A DNA stretch of 64,000 nucleotides. Source: Paraspadella gotoi (taxonomy: Eukaryota > Animalia > Chaetognatha). Below are positions 1 to 12,670 of the stretch, one piece after another; within the stretch, counting starts at the first letter, position 1, and each line of letters starts with the position of its first letter. Made by a program: the position numbers and the translations under genes. The stretch is from positions 10,805,790 to 10,869,789 of the forward strand of contig CM119270.1 in assembly GCA_051294375.1 (NCBI GenBank), in the 5' to 3' direction. The notes under the pieces were generated by a model. That model saw nothing but the letters and a program-made list of their open reading frames with translations, was not told the DNA's origin and made no database searches.

Positions 1-278
1 ATTTCAACGAAATGACGTCTCAATGTAAACAATACTTCCAGCACCGCCTTCTTTAGCTGGAAAAGAGCATCGTTGGATAGAGAAGCGAATGAAAAACTTT
101 CGAGTATCTGTTTTCCGAGTCTTACTTTTAATTTTCACTTTGCTTTAATTTCGTCTCCGCTTTCTATGACTACGTATGATGTTCTTTCGACCACTTCTTC
201 GTCCCTCTTCGTCCCTCTTTCCGCCCAATTCATATTTTGAATGGCATTCTGAATTCTCTCTCTCTCTCTCTTTCTCTC

Positions 279-340
<62 letters not shown>

Positions 341-628
341 TGTGTTTCTGTGTTTCGGTCGCAACTCGTACAAACCCACAGAATTAATAATTTGTAGCAC
401 GATATAAACTAGCCTTTTGAAGAAGGTCACTTTAAACTACCTTCCCACTGTCGTTAGAATCGACCCACACAAACTTTTTTTTTCAATCTCGACAATTTCT
501 TGCGCGCGACGCTTCGGGAGAATTTCTCGGGCGTCGACATTTGCGACGGAGAAATGGAGGGAAAAGAATTTCTGCTAATGGTTCTCTCCTTCTCTCTTTC
601 CCTCTTTTCTTTTCTCCTTTCAAATTGT

Positions 629-668
<40 letters not shown>

Positions 669-1535
669 AGAAAGAAAGGATATTGTTTTTCCTATTTCAT
701 AACCGCTTTTGTTCGATGAGATGGAATATTTATTTTTCATTTCTGCCCTGACGGAGACTTCGAAATTATTGTGTACAATGTGCAGCGGGGGAAAAAAAGC
801 CTTATTTGTACAGTCGTACATCTTGGGATGAAAAAATTGGTTAGTTGAATAGAAAGCGTAGTAAAAATTCTAAGTTTAACTTTTATCAAAATCTAAATTA
901 GAAGAATGAACAACATTGTATAAAAAATTTTATAAAAAATTTTGACATTTACACGGTAGGCTATATTTTTACATAGATCAGTAAAGAGTTTAGTGAAATT
1001 TAAGAAAAGAAAGAGCTCAAAGTGAACTGCCCCCCCCCCGGGGCGGACAAAGGTGGGACGTTGACGATGTGATCGGGTCATTGGCTTGTCATAAGCTGAG
1101 AGGATATTGCTGAAGAGTGGGATAGCGTAGAGTCAGGTAATTACCCGGTTGGGAATATTGAAAATTGAGCCACGCGAATAACTCTCTGGCCTGATAAGCC
1201 TGCCGAAGGCCCTCCTCTCACCTGACGGTGAGGTGGGGGGTTGCCTGTTCTGGCCTGTTTTTATGAATGAGATACAGACTCCTCTCCCTCCTCCTGCAGC
1301 CGTCGTTTTGGGCTCACAAATAATTTTTCAAAATGATTTATATTTTTAAAATAAAAAAAGCATATTTTTACATTTTTGTACTTTAGAATGAGATAAGAAT
1401 AAGGATATATAAATATAGACTACTGCAAAAATTAAAAAAAACATAAAAATGTTTTTTTTATAAATTAATGTTCGCTGGTGGTACATTGATCATAAATGAC
1501 TTTTAGAATTTTTATTCGGTTCTGCGTATCAACAG

Positions 1536-2091
1536 ATTCCGACTCTATAATCCACTTTGTGGGTCCCTCGGTCCCACTCTTAAATCTGGTCGGTAAGTTA
1601 CTTAGATCATCTCAGAACGTTAAATTATGATAAAAGCAAAAAAAATAGATGTCCGTCCATCCGTCTGTATGTCTGTCTGTCTGTCTGTCCGTCCTTCTGT
1701 CCGTCCGTCCCCCCTAGCATTAAACACCAGTTACTCGTGATTGGATGGTTGGATTGGAATGAAACTGTGTGTGGGAAGGAAATTGTGTGATTGTCAAGTA
1801 TACTTAAATTTTATTAAATTTTATCTTTCTCTCTCTTTCTTACAAATAAAATCATGATTGATTGATATATTTTTTAATGATTTTTAAAAAAATATGTTAT
1901 GATTTGTAATCTAATGATGTGTTATAAAAAATATATGATAAAAAATTATACTAGTTGACCAAATTATGCCAGATGAGCAAATTATTTCAATTGACAAAAT
2001 TATGCCAGTTGATCAAATAATACCAGTTGACAAAATTATGCAAGTGAACCAAATTATGCAAGTTGGTATTGGCGAAGCTACTGGCTCATTG
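1536..2091 (+). mobile_element. Non-autonomous Helentron-type element (HINE/DINE-1-like)
   Basis: 5' subterminal IR ATTCCGACT (1536) with nearby inverse GGTCGGTAA (1588). It is followed by a (GTCC/GTCT)n microsatellite at 1650-1710 and a GGATGGTTGGATTGGAATGAAACT core. An internal 18-bp tandem array precedes the 3' subTIR AGTTGGTAT (2061), followed by a TGGC-GAA-GCTA hairpin. The module order matches described HINE/DINE-1 architecture. Confidence 0.55.
1950..2066. repeat. 18-bp tandem repeat, ~6 copies (CCAGTTGACAAAATTATG-like)
   Basis: Directly visible periodicity; it explains the spurious MPDEQI/MPVDQI ORF at 1966. Confidence 0.85.
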
Positions 2092-3199
2092 ATAGATCAA
2101 TTGATTTATAGATTTTTTCAGAGATTTATTAAGAAGTCTATTATGATCACAAATCTGTTAGAATCACAAATTAAAAGTCAGATATTTATCATATTTAATT
2201 ATCTTAGGCAGATCCGATATTGTTTGCTCAAAGTTGTCATATAGAAATCTCAATTGCGGTAACTCAAAAATAAGAATTTAGAGAAAAATTCGAGACGTGT
2301 TTTTTGTGAGAAGAGAAAACATATATTAACGAAAAACAGAGTAAAAATCAAAAAGGTAAAAATAACAACAACAACAAATACGTATTTACATTGGCTGAAA
2401 AAGGTCAGCCATATCAAGGTAATTCTGTTTGGATACGAACGGTAATTCTTACTGACCACAACGGGTCACAAAGTACAGAGACTTCGTCGTCGTCTTCGTT
2501 ATTATATTCGTCGTCGTCGTCGTCTTTGTTTCGAATCATTTGAGCTCCCAAAACTACTCTATATTGGATATGGTTTCGCCGCGAACATTTTCAGCGACGC
2601 ACCGAATTGAAACTCGCCCCATTTTCTGGAAACGGCGTGAAATGTCGTCATTGTATCAACTTTGAACAAAAATTAAACGTTGAGACCATAAATATCACGT
2701 CCCCTAATGTTTCTCCTTCCTAAAGCTTCTCTAATGGGAGCTCATGAATAAAGATAATCCAAACCGTTAAATGTAAACAAACCATATAGGACTCTCTATA
2801 TTTCTCTCTCTCTCTCTCTCTCTCTCTNNNNNNNNNNNNNNNNNNNNNNNNNAGGGAGATCTTTTTAGAATATTTTTATGACATTGTAATTACTTTTTTT
2901 TGTTGTTAGTGTTAAATTTTAATGGGAGAAATAACGAAATTTCGTTTTAACACAATTTGTTTTTATTATTACCAAAATATTCTCACTCTCTCTTCTTCTC
3001 TCTTCTCATCTCGTCTCTCCTCTCCTCTCTTTTCATCAATTCTCAATTTTATTCGCTCTCCCTCCTTCCCTGTCATCATAATCAACCTGTCCTCACATCT
3101 GACCAGCTGACCATAGCGCGGAGTATAAATACAAGAGAATGATAAAGGACATCTAATTTTTGAAACAAATGTGAAACTATTCCTAAGATCAAAAAGTCA

Positions 3200-3400
3200 A
3201 AATTCAACGCTAGGCCAATTTTACAGTGTGACGAAAACTAAAACTGACTACAATCAATAATAAATGTAAGTAAATGAAAATCGTATGAAAATTGAAAAAA
3301 TTAAATAAAAATGAAAAATTCCGCTAGGCCAATTTTACAGTGGTGACGAAAACTAAAAACTGAATATATCAAAACTAAAATTAGTAAATGAAAATCGTTA
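3200..3400. repeat. ~113-bp tandem duplication (CGCTAGGCCAATTTTACAGTGTGACGAAAACTAAAACTG...)
   Basis: Two copies start at ~3208 and ~3322; mirrored at 20780-20975. Confidence 0.85.
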
Positions 3401-3704
3401 TTAAACTTTAAAGAACAGAACGTTGTTTGGCTTTATCTCCACTGATAATTGAAAGGTCCTTCTACTGTTGTTTGTCTGTTACATGAAGATACTAGAGGTT
3501 TATGGGGGCAAATGAACAAAAATGCTTAAACTGTATATTTCGAATTCTGATTGGAGCTATCCTTATCAAGGAATATGATATAACTAAAAAATGTTTATAA
3601 TCCTAATAATAAAATCTAATAATAGAAAATTAATTTTTGATCTGACCAGATCCTATTACTCAAATTTCTCTCTCTCTCCTCTCCTCTCTCTCTCTCTCTC
3701 TCTC

Positions 3705-5294
3705 ATGAGTCATATACTCAGCTCTCCCGAACCAGCCGTAGACGAGCGGCGGCGCGCGGCTGCCGATCGAGCTCACTTCTCCTTCCGGGCTCTTCCTCGC
3801 TCGGATCGGAGGAGATTTCTCTCCTCTCCGGGATTCTTCCGGTCGAAAGTCAGAGCGATCGGGGGCCGGATCATTTCTTTCTCCTCTCTCTCTCTCTCTC
3901 ATCTCTCTGCTCTCTCTTACTCCTCTTGCTCTTGCGTCTCTCTCTCTTTCTATCTTTGTTTTTTCTTTTATGTATTGTTTTGTCATTTCCTCTCTCTTTA
4001 ATTTCTCATCAAATTATTATCATTTAACTTGAAATAATTTTTTTTAAATAACTAATTTTGCAAAGGAAAACACAACTAACTTTAATAAACCGAATTCTTC
4101 TTTAAGGATTACAGTATTCAGAGTCATTTTAACGATTTTTTTTCTCTAAAGGCGGAAAAATAATAATGAATTTGAGTAAAAATAAGGCTTCTTGAAATAA
4201 TCACCAGTGAAAACAAACAGAAAAACCAATAAATCCAAGCTGATCAATAAACAATATATTCTAATTAGAAAAATGTTTTCAAAAAAACAAAATTTTCTCT
4301 TGACAGAATGTTTTGTACGGAGCTTTTTAGTTTCACTTTGCTAACACTCCTGCGTATAAGCTAAGGCGACTCTCAAAACAGTACGGCACTAAGAGGAGCT
4401 TTCTGAGACAAAAGACAACCATTAAAGAAACTGTGGCTGCGATCTTTTTTTGGAAAATTATTGATATAGTCAATGATAAATTTAATTATGGAGAAATTTA
4501 AATCTGCTTAAGTCAGAAAAAAATATTTTAAAATTTTGACATTACAATGTTTAAATATGCTATGCGAAATTTGAAAAATAAAAAAATTAATTTAAAAATA
4601 TTCAAGCTGCATGCTCGGAATTTTTTCATTCTATCTTGAATTCTAAAAAATTTTTTTACTCTTTACTCTCAATAACGTCCTGCGTATCAAAAAATGCAAA
4701 TAATATATAATCATCTCATTTCGATCATTTCTATCTTTATCATATTTTCAATTGTTTTCAGCATATTTAATCATCTATTGTTAGATGTAAATATCTTTTT
4801 TATTAATATTATATTTTAAGCTCAAAATTCTATAATTAAAAAAAATTGTTACTAAATTTTTTAATTTTTTTCCCTTCTTTTTTTTCTTTCTCTTCTCTAT
4901 CGTTCTTTCTGTCTATCCTTTTTTTCTTTTTTTTTTTTTTTTGACTCGTGAAATGACCGCTACAATAAAGTAAATACTTTCAAAAAAGGCCTTATCTCTT
5001 TAAAAGAGCCTCCCGGATCCGCAAGCGAACACTATAGATCGATCCGCTCGGAGGCAGAGAGAAGAGCTCGGCGGGACCGAGGTAAGAAGAGAGAGAAGAG
5101 AAGTAGTCCGGCCGCTGCAAGCTACGTCGGATCGATTTGCAGACCGCGCGGATCCGGGAGATAGGAGAAGGAAGAGAAGGGGAAGTAAGAATAGCCGAGC
5201 GCAAAAAGTCGAAGCAGGGAGCAGCCGATCGGCCGGCCGCGCGGCTGCTCCCGGAGCTGCGCTGTTTCGAGGCTTCTGATATCGCCCATCGCTG
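3705..5294. mobile_element. Non-autonomous TIR DNA transposon (hAT-like termini) inserted in a (CT)n tract
   Basis: Absent from the mirror arm, which has an uninterrupted (GA)n at 20471-20531. The GC-rich ends 3705-3875 and ~5100-5294 are imperfect inverted repeats rich in GATC/CGATCG/CCGG. The right end reads CAGCGATGGGCGAT on the minus strand. The interior is AT-rich and non-coding. Confidence 0.65.
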
Positions 5295-5673
5295 CTCTCT
5301 CTCTCTCCTTCTCTCTCCACCAAATGTTTGTGAATGAAACACTACGATTTTAAAATGCTGATGAAGACACGAAATCACATGAGACCGAATTTTTATTGTA
5401 TAATAAACAATGTTAATTAAAACGAATTTAGTTATTCTTCCATAAAAAATTGTATATCATCATCATCTTCGAAACTTTTTGATTTCGACTTTTACAGTCT
5501 TTTTTTTATTTTTATTAGAAAATGTCAGAATTTTTAAAAGCTGTAATTATATTTTTTGTTAAATTTTTTTGCTCTATAAAGAAATCATCAAACATTTTTT
5601 TCTTTACGTATATAGTAATTTAAGATGAAACGAAAAATTCGTTGTACACTAGCTTTTTTTTTATTTTTATTTA

Positions 5674-5717
5674 ATGTACATGTTTCGAACTCTTAGATTA
5701 CGAGTCTTCATCAGCAA
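5674..5717 (-). ncRNA. Minimal type-I hammerhead ribozyme motif (PLE-type)
   Basis: The minus strand reads TTG CTGATGA A GACTC GTAATCTAA GAGT(T)C GAAA CATG TA CA. This gives the conserved CUGAUGA and GAAA boxes, stem II GACTC/GAGTC, palindromic ACATGT helix III, a GUA cleavage triplet and a short TG/CA stem I. Confidence 0.8.
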
Positions 5718-5727
5718 AGAATTCATC

Positions 5728-5771
5728 TTGCTGATAGACTCGTAATACTAAAGCAGTCGAAACATGTACAT
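5728..5771 (+). ncRNA. Minimal type-I hammerhead ribozyme motif, second (indel-damaged) copy
   Basis: TTG CTGATA GACTC GTAATACTAAA GCAGTC GAAA CATG TA CA. It is the inverse partner of 5674-5717; the core box is shortened by mutation or read error. Confidence 0.65.
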
Positions 5772-6388
5772 TATAAAATAAAAAAAAAAAATTGCTATTA
5801 CAACGAATTTTTCGTTTCATCCTACTGATTTTAAATAGCAAAAGAAAGTCAAAATACAAAGTATACTAGTAATATAATAATTTTATTAGGCTAGATACCA
5901 CAGACGAAACATTTTTGAAAAAAATATTTAAAACTTTATGTATGCTCATAATTAGATTATTTTAGCGGCTGTAACATCAGCATTTACTTTCATCGGCTAT
6001 GCAGTTAGTGTAGGATACTAATACTAATAATATGTACTAAATAGCAAGGAGGAATAAAAGGAACAAATCAGATCAGAAACTCGTCAACTGTTGAATCTTT
6101 TTAGATGATGTATGAAAGTTGTAATCAAAAAGAAAAAAAAACCGTGAAAAGTGCTAAGAATGAGGCTGCTTGCTACGAACTAAAAACAGAGGTAAAAAAG
6201 CAAAAAATACATGCAACAGTAATTCAGAGCTAATCTTATAAGTAAATTAAAAAATAAAGGGAGATATGAAGAAGAGATGAAGAAGGAATAGGAGAAGGCA
6301 AATCTCTCTCCAGATTGACGGAGGAAGAAGGAAGAGGCGAAAGCGAATTGGAATAAAGAAGAAAAGGGAGGAATATGAATAAAGGCTT

Positions 6389-6423
<35 letters not shown>

Positions 6424-7426
6424 AGAGAGAGCAGAGAGACGAAGAGAGGAGCGAAGGATGAACAGGGGATTCAGTAGAGACGGCGAATGCATTTTAGTAA
6501 TTATGCGGAATTGCGTAGGAGAGCCAGAATAAGAATTATACTTGAATGAACGGAGGAAGGAACGCAACGACGCGCAACAAATCGACCAAACAGAAAAGAA
6601 CGAAAGTGAACGGCCATAATATACGAATGCAAGCGATAAATAAAAACTGCGGAACCAAGATACAGGAAGAAGATCGCTGTGGCGACCTTTGTCAAAATTC
6701 CCCATTCCAAACTCCACTCGACCTACAATAAATGACGATCCTTCTGACCCCATTTTCTGAAAATACTCTTTCTCCGACTGCCAACACAAACGTTTGGATT
6801 ATTGAATCTCTTGACCGCGCGTCGAATCATGACCTGGTCAAAAATGGACCCCACATTCCACAAATAAAAACACAGTGAACTGAAACGATCCTAAAGCTGA
6901 CAAAAGAGAGAATCTAGATCTGAAAACAAAACGAAACGTCAAACTTTGGAATTTCCCATAATCAAAATAAATGTTCAAAATTTGAAAAAAGAAAGGTTAT
7001 TGATTTGGCAGACTTTCTTCGACCCTTTTTGATCTTTTTCCCCTTTTTAATGCCAACAATAGTCAGCAACCTTTTTCTTTATCATTTATTCCATCAACCA
7101 GATCAGCACAAACGATGGAGTTAATTCTAGTAAATAAACGACATAAAATGAAAAAAAATTGGCGAAATAAAAAAAAAAATATTTAAAAATCAATCATAAA
7201 CCCATTTTTTTTTTTTTATAGTGGTTAATACAATTTAGCAAAGTTCTACGTCCTTCTGGTTTTGATATTAAACTGCTATCCATAGTAAAAGAGTGCACGT
7301 AAACAATGCGGCGTGGCGTTAGTAATTCAAATATCCGGCTCGGTTCGGTTGCTTGTACAACCGTTCTCTCTTCAGCAGTAAAAGAATGGCATAGATGGGA
7401 GGAGATGGAGAGGACGCATGAGAGAC

Positions 7427-7460
<34 letters not shown>

Positions 7461-8488
7461 GAAGAAGTTTCTTCCCGTGGTTCCATCGGCTCCATATTCA
7501 GCCCTTCGTCCCCATTCTTTCCCTCCGATTGTGTTGATTTCCTCCCGCCCAACGGAGAAATGCGGAGACGCATTAGAATAATGATAATCAGCACCGACGA
7601 TCAGTCGGTGACTCGGCGATTCGCATATCTGGACAACGGAGCTGCTATCTGCATCAAGCGGAATTGCCGACTCTGCGGCTTAGCTGTAAAAGCGCTCATG
7701 TCAACTAAGCAGCCATTCGACAAGGGTGACATGCCGAATCAGCCTACAATCTGGACAGCCAGATTTGCTACTCCTGCTTCCATTTAAAGGCGCCGAAACG
7801 TCAACAACTGCTCCATGTTTAAAAGCGGCTTTTACGCATGATTCTGACTAAACGTGATGCCAAATTTAAGCTACTATCACTGCCTAATTAACTGACCATC
7901 TTGTCAATGTGCTGGTTTCAATACTTTTCGCATTGATGAAACGTTGTTTTATGCAGATCTTGCTGACCTTTCTCAAAACCTTTGAAATTCTGTAATGTCA
8001 TCAATGTTAATAGTAATACTTTAATATTCTACCTAAACTGTTAAAAAAAATATTTCTAACATAATTAATGTACATTCTGACTTGCTTTTTTTCCAGGAAT
8101 GAGTGTTCACTTTCCCGTACTTAAAGCTATTATCAATTAATTACTATTAACAAAGTTAGCAAATTTTAAAACAAAAATTGCACTAATAAATGCACGGTTA
8201 ATTTATGTCCGTAACTCGGTAGAGTTGAAACCAGTCCATTGTCAGTGCTTCTAATCAAAAGCTTCTTAAACTTGTAGATTTCTTTTTCTTTTCTCTAATT
8301 CTTCCGTTTCTACTTTCATTCTTTATTCTTTTTTTTTCCGGTCTTTTCTCTTTTCTTCCCTCTTACTTTTCTTTTTAACTTTTCTTTCTGCCTTTTCCAA
8401 TCTTTGTTTTGGTCTCTTTATCGCCATTTCGATCCCACCGAAATCTTTCATCACCGGGGTCAACACTTTTCCACTTTCCACCCTCATC

Positions 8489-8524
<36 letters not shown>

Positions 8525-11139
8525 TCTCTCCTCTCTCTCTCTCTCTCTCTCGTTCTCTCTCTCGCCATCACTTCCTCCTTGTCGTCTTCCTTATTTCCTC
8601 TCTCGTATTACTCTTAATTTCACGGTCGACAGCACTTTTTGTCCTCCTCTTCCTTTTCCCCTGCGTCCACATCCGTCTTCTTCCTCATCCTTCGTCCTCA
8701 TAAAAGTCCTCAAAATATTATCTACCTCAGTTTTTTTTTCACAGTTAAACCCGCGTCCATTGGCTAAGCAGGAAGCTTTAATGAAAATTGCGATTGGGTA
8801 GGACGGAGGAAAGCGCAATGATCTCGGAGGTTCCCTTTCTCAGAGATTTCCTTGGTGTTATGTTTTTGTTATTGTCGTTGTCATCTGTAGTTGTTGTTGT
8901 CCTGGTATTGTCTTTTTATGTTTAAATACGATTTTATTGAAAATAGTAAGGATAAAATTTATTTCCAAGGTTTAAATTTTAAAAAAGACAGTAAATTTCA
9001 TAATACAAAAATAAACATAAATATATTTGACAAAAATTGCCTCAAATAACCAAAGAGAAGATTTCTTAGTTTATAATAGATTTTAAACCAACATTTTTGG
9101 CGAGCAGCGAACGGGGCCTCCTTCATGTCTGAACCACCGAGGAACGAAGGCGGCGAAAAAAAAAGGAAACATACCGAAAAAGAAGGAAAAGAAGCGCAGT
9201 GTTATTAGCGAAAAAAAGGACAACCATTGTTGGAGAAAGACATTCGAAACAACATCTTGTTTTTTTTCCCTCAGTTTATCGGAGGAGCCGCGACGAAGAG
9301 AGGACATTTGGGTTATTTTAGAAAACTTCGTTTCTCTGGGAACGAGTTCCCCGATAGAACTTGTCAGTTTTTCTACTTTTTTTAATCTTTTCAATTTAGT
9401 AAAACAGAAATCCAATATTATTTTTTGATATCATGTGAATTTAAATACATTCATATTGTTTTTAAGTTTTTTAAAAGTTGAAACTTAAGTAAGGAAACAT
9501 CTGAAAGATTAAAACCCAGAGTTGGCATTTCTTTCAGCAGACTCAACCTATCATATTCATTTCCCCTAATATACTATATAATAAAACCAAAAAAAATTAA
9601 TATTAACAGTACCATCAGCAAGTTTCTCTGTCCTTTCTCCCTTCCTATTTTCATCTACACTTAACTTCGCATGAGAAGGCATAAAAGGGGATGTTGGCTA
9701 ATTTGGTTAGTGACGGAGAGAAATGGAAAATTAGGCTTTCCTTTTCCTTTCTTCCCTTTTGTTTTTCTTTCTCCTTTGCAAAATAACATCTCTGTTTGTT
9801 TTTCAATTACTCATAGCAAAAAAAAAGGAATTTTTAATTAATAAAATTCGTCGATCGACGATTCGGGGTTTCTTTGCGCAGGCGGCGAAAGGGAAAGAGA
9901 GATCGCGACGACTGAGAGGGAGAGTGAGAGAAAGAGAGCGGAGAGAGCAGACGTGACGACAGAGCTGAAAAACCTTTGATTCCATTTAAAGGAGATTGAG
10001 GGGATTTTTTTTGGCATGGGCATGGCGACCAGATTGGCGCCGAGAAATAACCGGCGCCGACGAACCTGTTGCCGATGAATTTGGCGGTTTCACTTTCAAA
10101 TTTACGCATCTCCCGCTTTCAGGTTTGGATCTAAGTTTTAGAAATTCCCTTTTTTATGCTAAAAGCTGTTAAATACTTAAGACTCGCTTTAAGTTAAAAT
10201 TCTAACGTTGTTTAAAATCAAAGTATGATAAAAAAGACATTTGTTCGCCTTCTTCTCTTATTTTCATTTGCTTTTAGTCTGTCTAAAATACTTAATACTA
10301 AAGACTAAATACCTCAATACCAATTAATCAATACTCAAGCTCTTTCTCTTTCTCCTTTTCTCCCTCTTTTCTCTGTTTCCTTCTTATTCTCCCTTATCTT
10401 CTTTCTGCCTCTAATTTGGTTAAAAATCATGTTGTTGGCGACGAAAATTTGTCAATTTGTTTGTCGATCCCTGCAATACGGCGGTGCTCTCTCTCTCCAC
10501 TCTCTCTCCATCTCCACCAAATAAGCCTGTCGGGAACCGCAAAATTCCGTATATTCCGATATCGACAGACATAGCAAAACCCTCATCGGATTTAAAAAAT
10601 TGATATTGCCGAAATCGTTATTAAAACTAATATTTTATGTTTTTCACCCAGTTGTCTATCTTATTAAGATGAAAGATTTTGTCAATTTTTTTTATTGATT
10701 GAAGCCATTATATGTTATTTATAATTTAGATTACACAATATTTATTCTTTGATCAAGATTTTAAAATCCATTCCCTGAAACCTGAAAGTTCTTTTTTTCC
10801 CTTTAGCAGCTCAGTTGCTTCTCCATTCCCTTTCCCTCCGTTACTCGTTCCTTCATTTCTTCTTCCTCCATCTTCTCTCCTATGTTTCTACTCTTTTTCC
10901 TTTACTTCTTCTTCCTCCTCCTCCCTCACCTCCTCCTCCTCCTTATTCTTGTCTTCCTGCTAATTCGATCCGTTTTTTAAACGAAATTTCGATTCTGAAA
11001 ATCTTCGCCTCGAAATTTAAAGATGGAAAGAGAAGAAAAAAAAAAAAGCATGAATCAACGACAAAAGGACGCAATAGAAGATGCATATAATTTAATCAAC
11101 ATATTAACAAACACTTCAACGAGAGAGAGAGAGAGAGAG

Positions 11140-11183
<44 letters not shown>

Positions 11184-11793
11184 AGACGAGAGCAGAGCAG
11201 AAGAAGTGAGCGGAGAGATTTACAGTATCAGACTTAGGGTAGTGAGCACGAATAGTAGCGAGAAACAATCTGCTAGGAATGCCTCATCAGCAGTCCTCAG
11301 CTCTAGCAGAGTGGCAGTCTGAAGAAGGATCGCTTTAAAAAAAGTGGGAATCGTTTCACTTTGTGGTCAAACAGGACTGACAAGAAGTCTTGACGATCGG
11401 AGCGTACCGACTGTCACCAGGAAAGGTGCAAGTTTCCAATGCTGAGATTTGTTAAATGGTACGGTGCATTGACAAAGTACACAAGACTGGCCAAGGGGTG
11501 GACGACGATGACGACGAAGACGACACGTTCAATAGATCGGACAATAACAACGACGACGACATGACGACTCGAAAACAGAAAATCCTTTTTTTTTCTTCTT
11601 TTGTCACCAACAGCAAATAAACACAGTAAACCAATATCGTCGTCTGTTTTGTTTGTTGTCGTCGTCGCCCCCTTCGTTTCTGGGCTTTTATTTTCCTTGT
11701 TGCTTATTGTTATTATTCTTCGCTCATTCGTTCTTTGTTTAGTTCGTGACCCCATCACGCGCTAAATCAATACAAACAATTTTCAATGAAATG

Positions 11794-11834
<41 letters not shown>

Positions 11835-12399
11835 CCTCTCTCTCTCTCATCTCTCTCTCTCGTCTCTCTCTCTCTCTCTCTCTTTCTCTTCCTTCTCTCT
11901 TTTCTCTCCACCTTGTGAATTTTTTCCTCCATCCGCCATAATTGTTATTCCATATCTCTCTTCTTTTTCTTTATCTTCTCTCTCCTTTTTCCCTACGAAA
12001 TACCCTCGCCTCTCTCTGTTCAAACACACATTTAAATCAACCCTCATTTCTCTCGTTTGATCTTTACCTCGCGTCTTCCCTCCTTTTCTTCCCTTTTTTC
12101 AACCTCTATCTGCAAGAAGTCTCTTTCTCTCCTTTTCTTTATACATCCTCCTCTTCACTTTCCTTTTTTCCCTCTCTTAATCCTGTTCCTCTCTTTTCTC
12201 CTTAAATCTTTTCTCTCTCTCTCTCTCCCTCCTCTCTCTCCTCTCTCTCTCTCTCGTCTCTCTCTTCTCCTCTCTCTCTCTCTGTAAATTTACTCTAATC
12301 CTTAATCGCGCCTTCTCTTCTTTACCATGCCAACGGCTTCGTTCTGCTGCCTTCAGACTCCTCTCTATTCTCTCTCCTATTTTCTCCTTTTCCCCTCTT

Positions 12400-12670
12400 C
12401 CGCTACATCCTTCCTTCTCCTTTAATCCTTCTTCCCTATCCTTGCTTCCCTTTTCACCCTCTTCCCCAATCCTACCTCTCCCTTTTCCCTTATTCTCCTA
12501 ATCTTCCCAATCACACCTTTTCCCCTCTTCCTAATCTTTCCTTTCCCATTTCTCTTCTTCACTAATCTCCCTTCCCCTGTTTCCCTAATCCTCCTTCCCT
12601 TTTCTCCTCCTTCCATATTCCTCCCTTCCCCATTTTCCCCTTCTTCCCTAATCCTCCCTTCCCATTCTTC
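12400..12670. repeat. Polypyrimidine degenerate minisatellite (CCTAATCCTCCCTTCCCC-like)
   Basis: Repeated CCTAATC(C/T)T motifs in a C/T-rich tract; the purine-rich mirror is at 13688-13945. Confidence 0.6.

Larger units (their letters stand above)
2920..5445 (+). mobile_element. Decayed Penelope-like (pLTR-derived) element with ~55-bp terminal inverted repeats; hosts a nested insertion
   Basis: 2920-2972 is the inverse of 5397-5445 (TAATAAA..AAAACGAATTT.GTTATTCT.CCAT). A degenerate hammerhead start GCTGATGAAGACACGAAATC..ACATG lies at ~5357. The uninterrupted mirror copy is at 20338-21254. Confidence 0.45.
5620..5860 (+). mobile_element. Miniature Penelope-like fold-back insertion with two hammerhead motifs
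   Basis: ~198-bp near-perfect palindrome at 5624-5821 plus a 39-nt tail (5822-5860). It is flanked by the duplicated target GTATA(C)TAGTAAT (5608-5619 / 5861-5873). The empty site is visible in the mirror arm at ~20160-20180. Confidence 0.8.

Noticed and set aside
1185-1250. HDV-like or hammerhead-like ribozyme (CTGATAAGCC...CCTCCTCTCACC-TGAC-GGTGAGG)
   Set aside because: Only a simple hairpin can be drawn; there is no GAAA box and no nested double pseudoknot.
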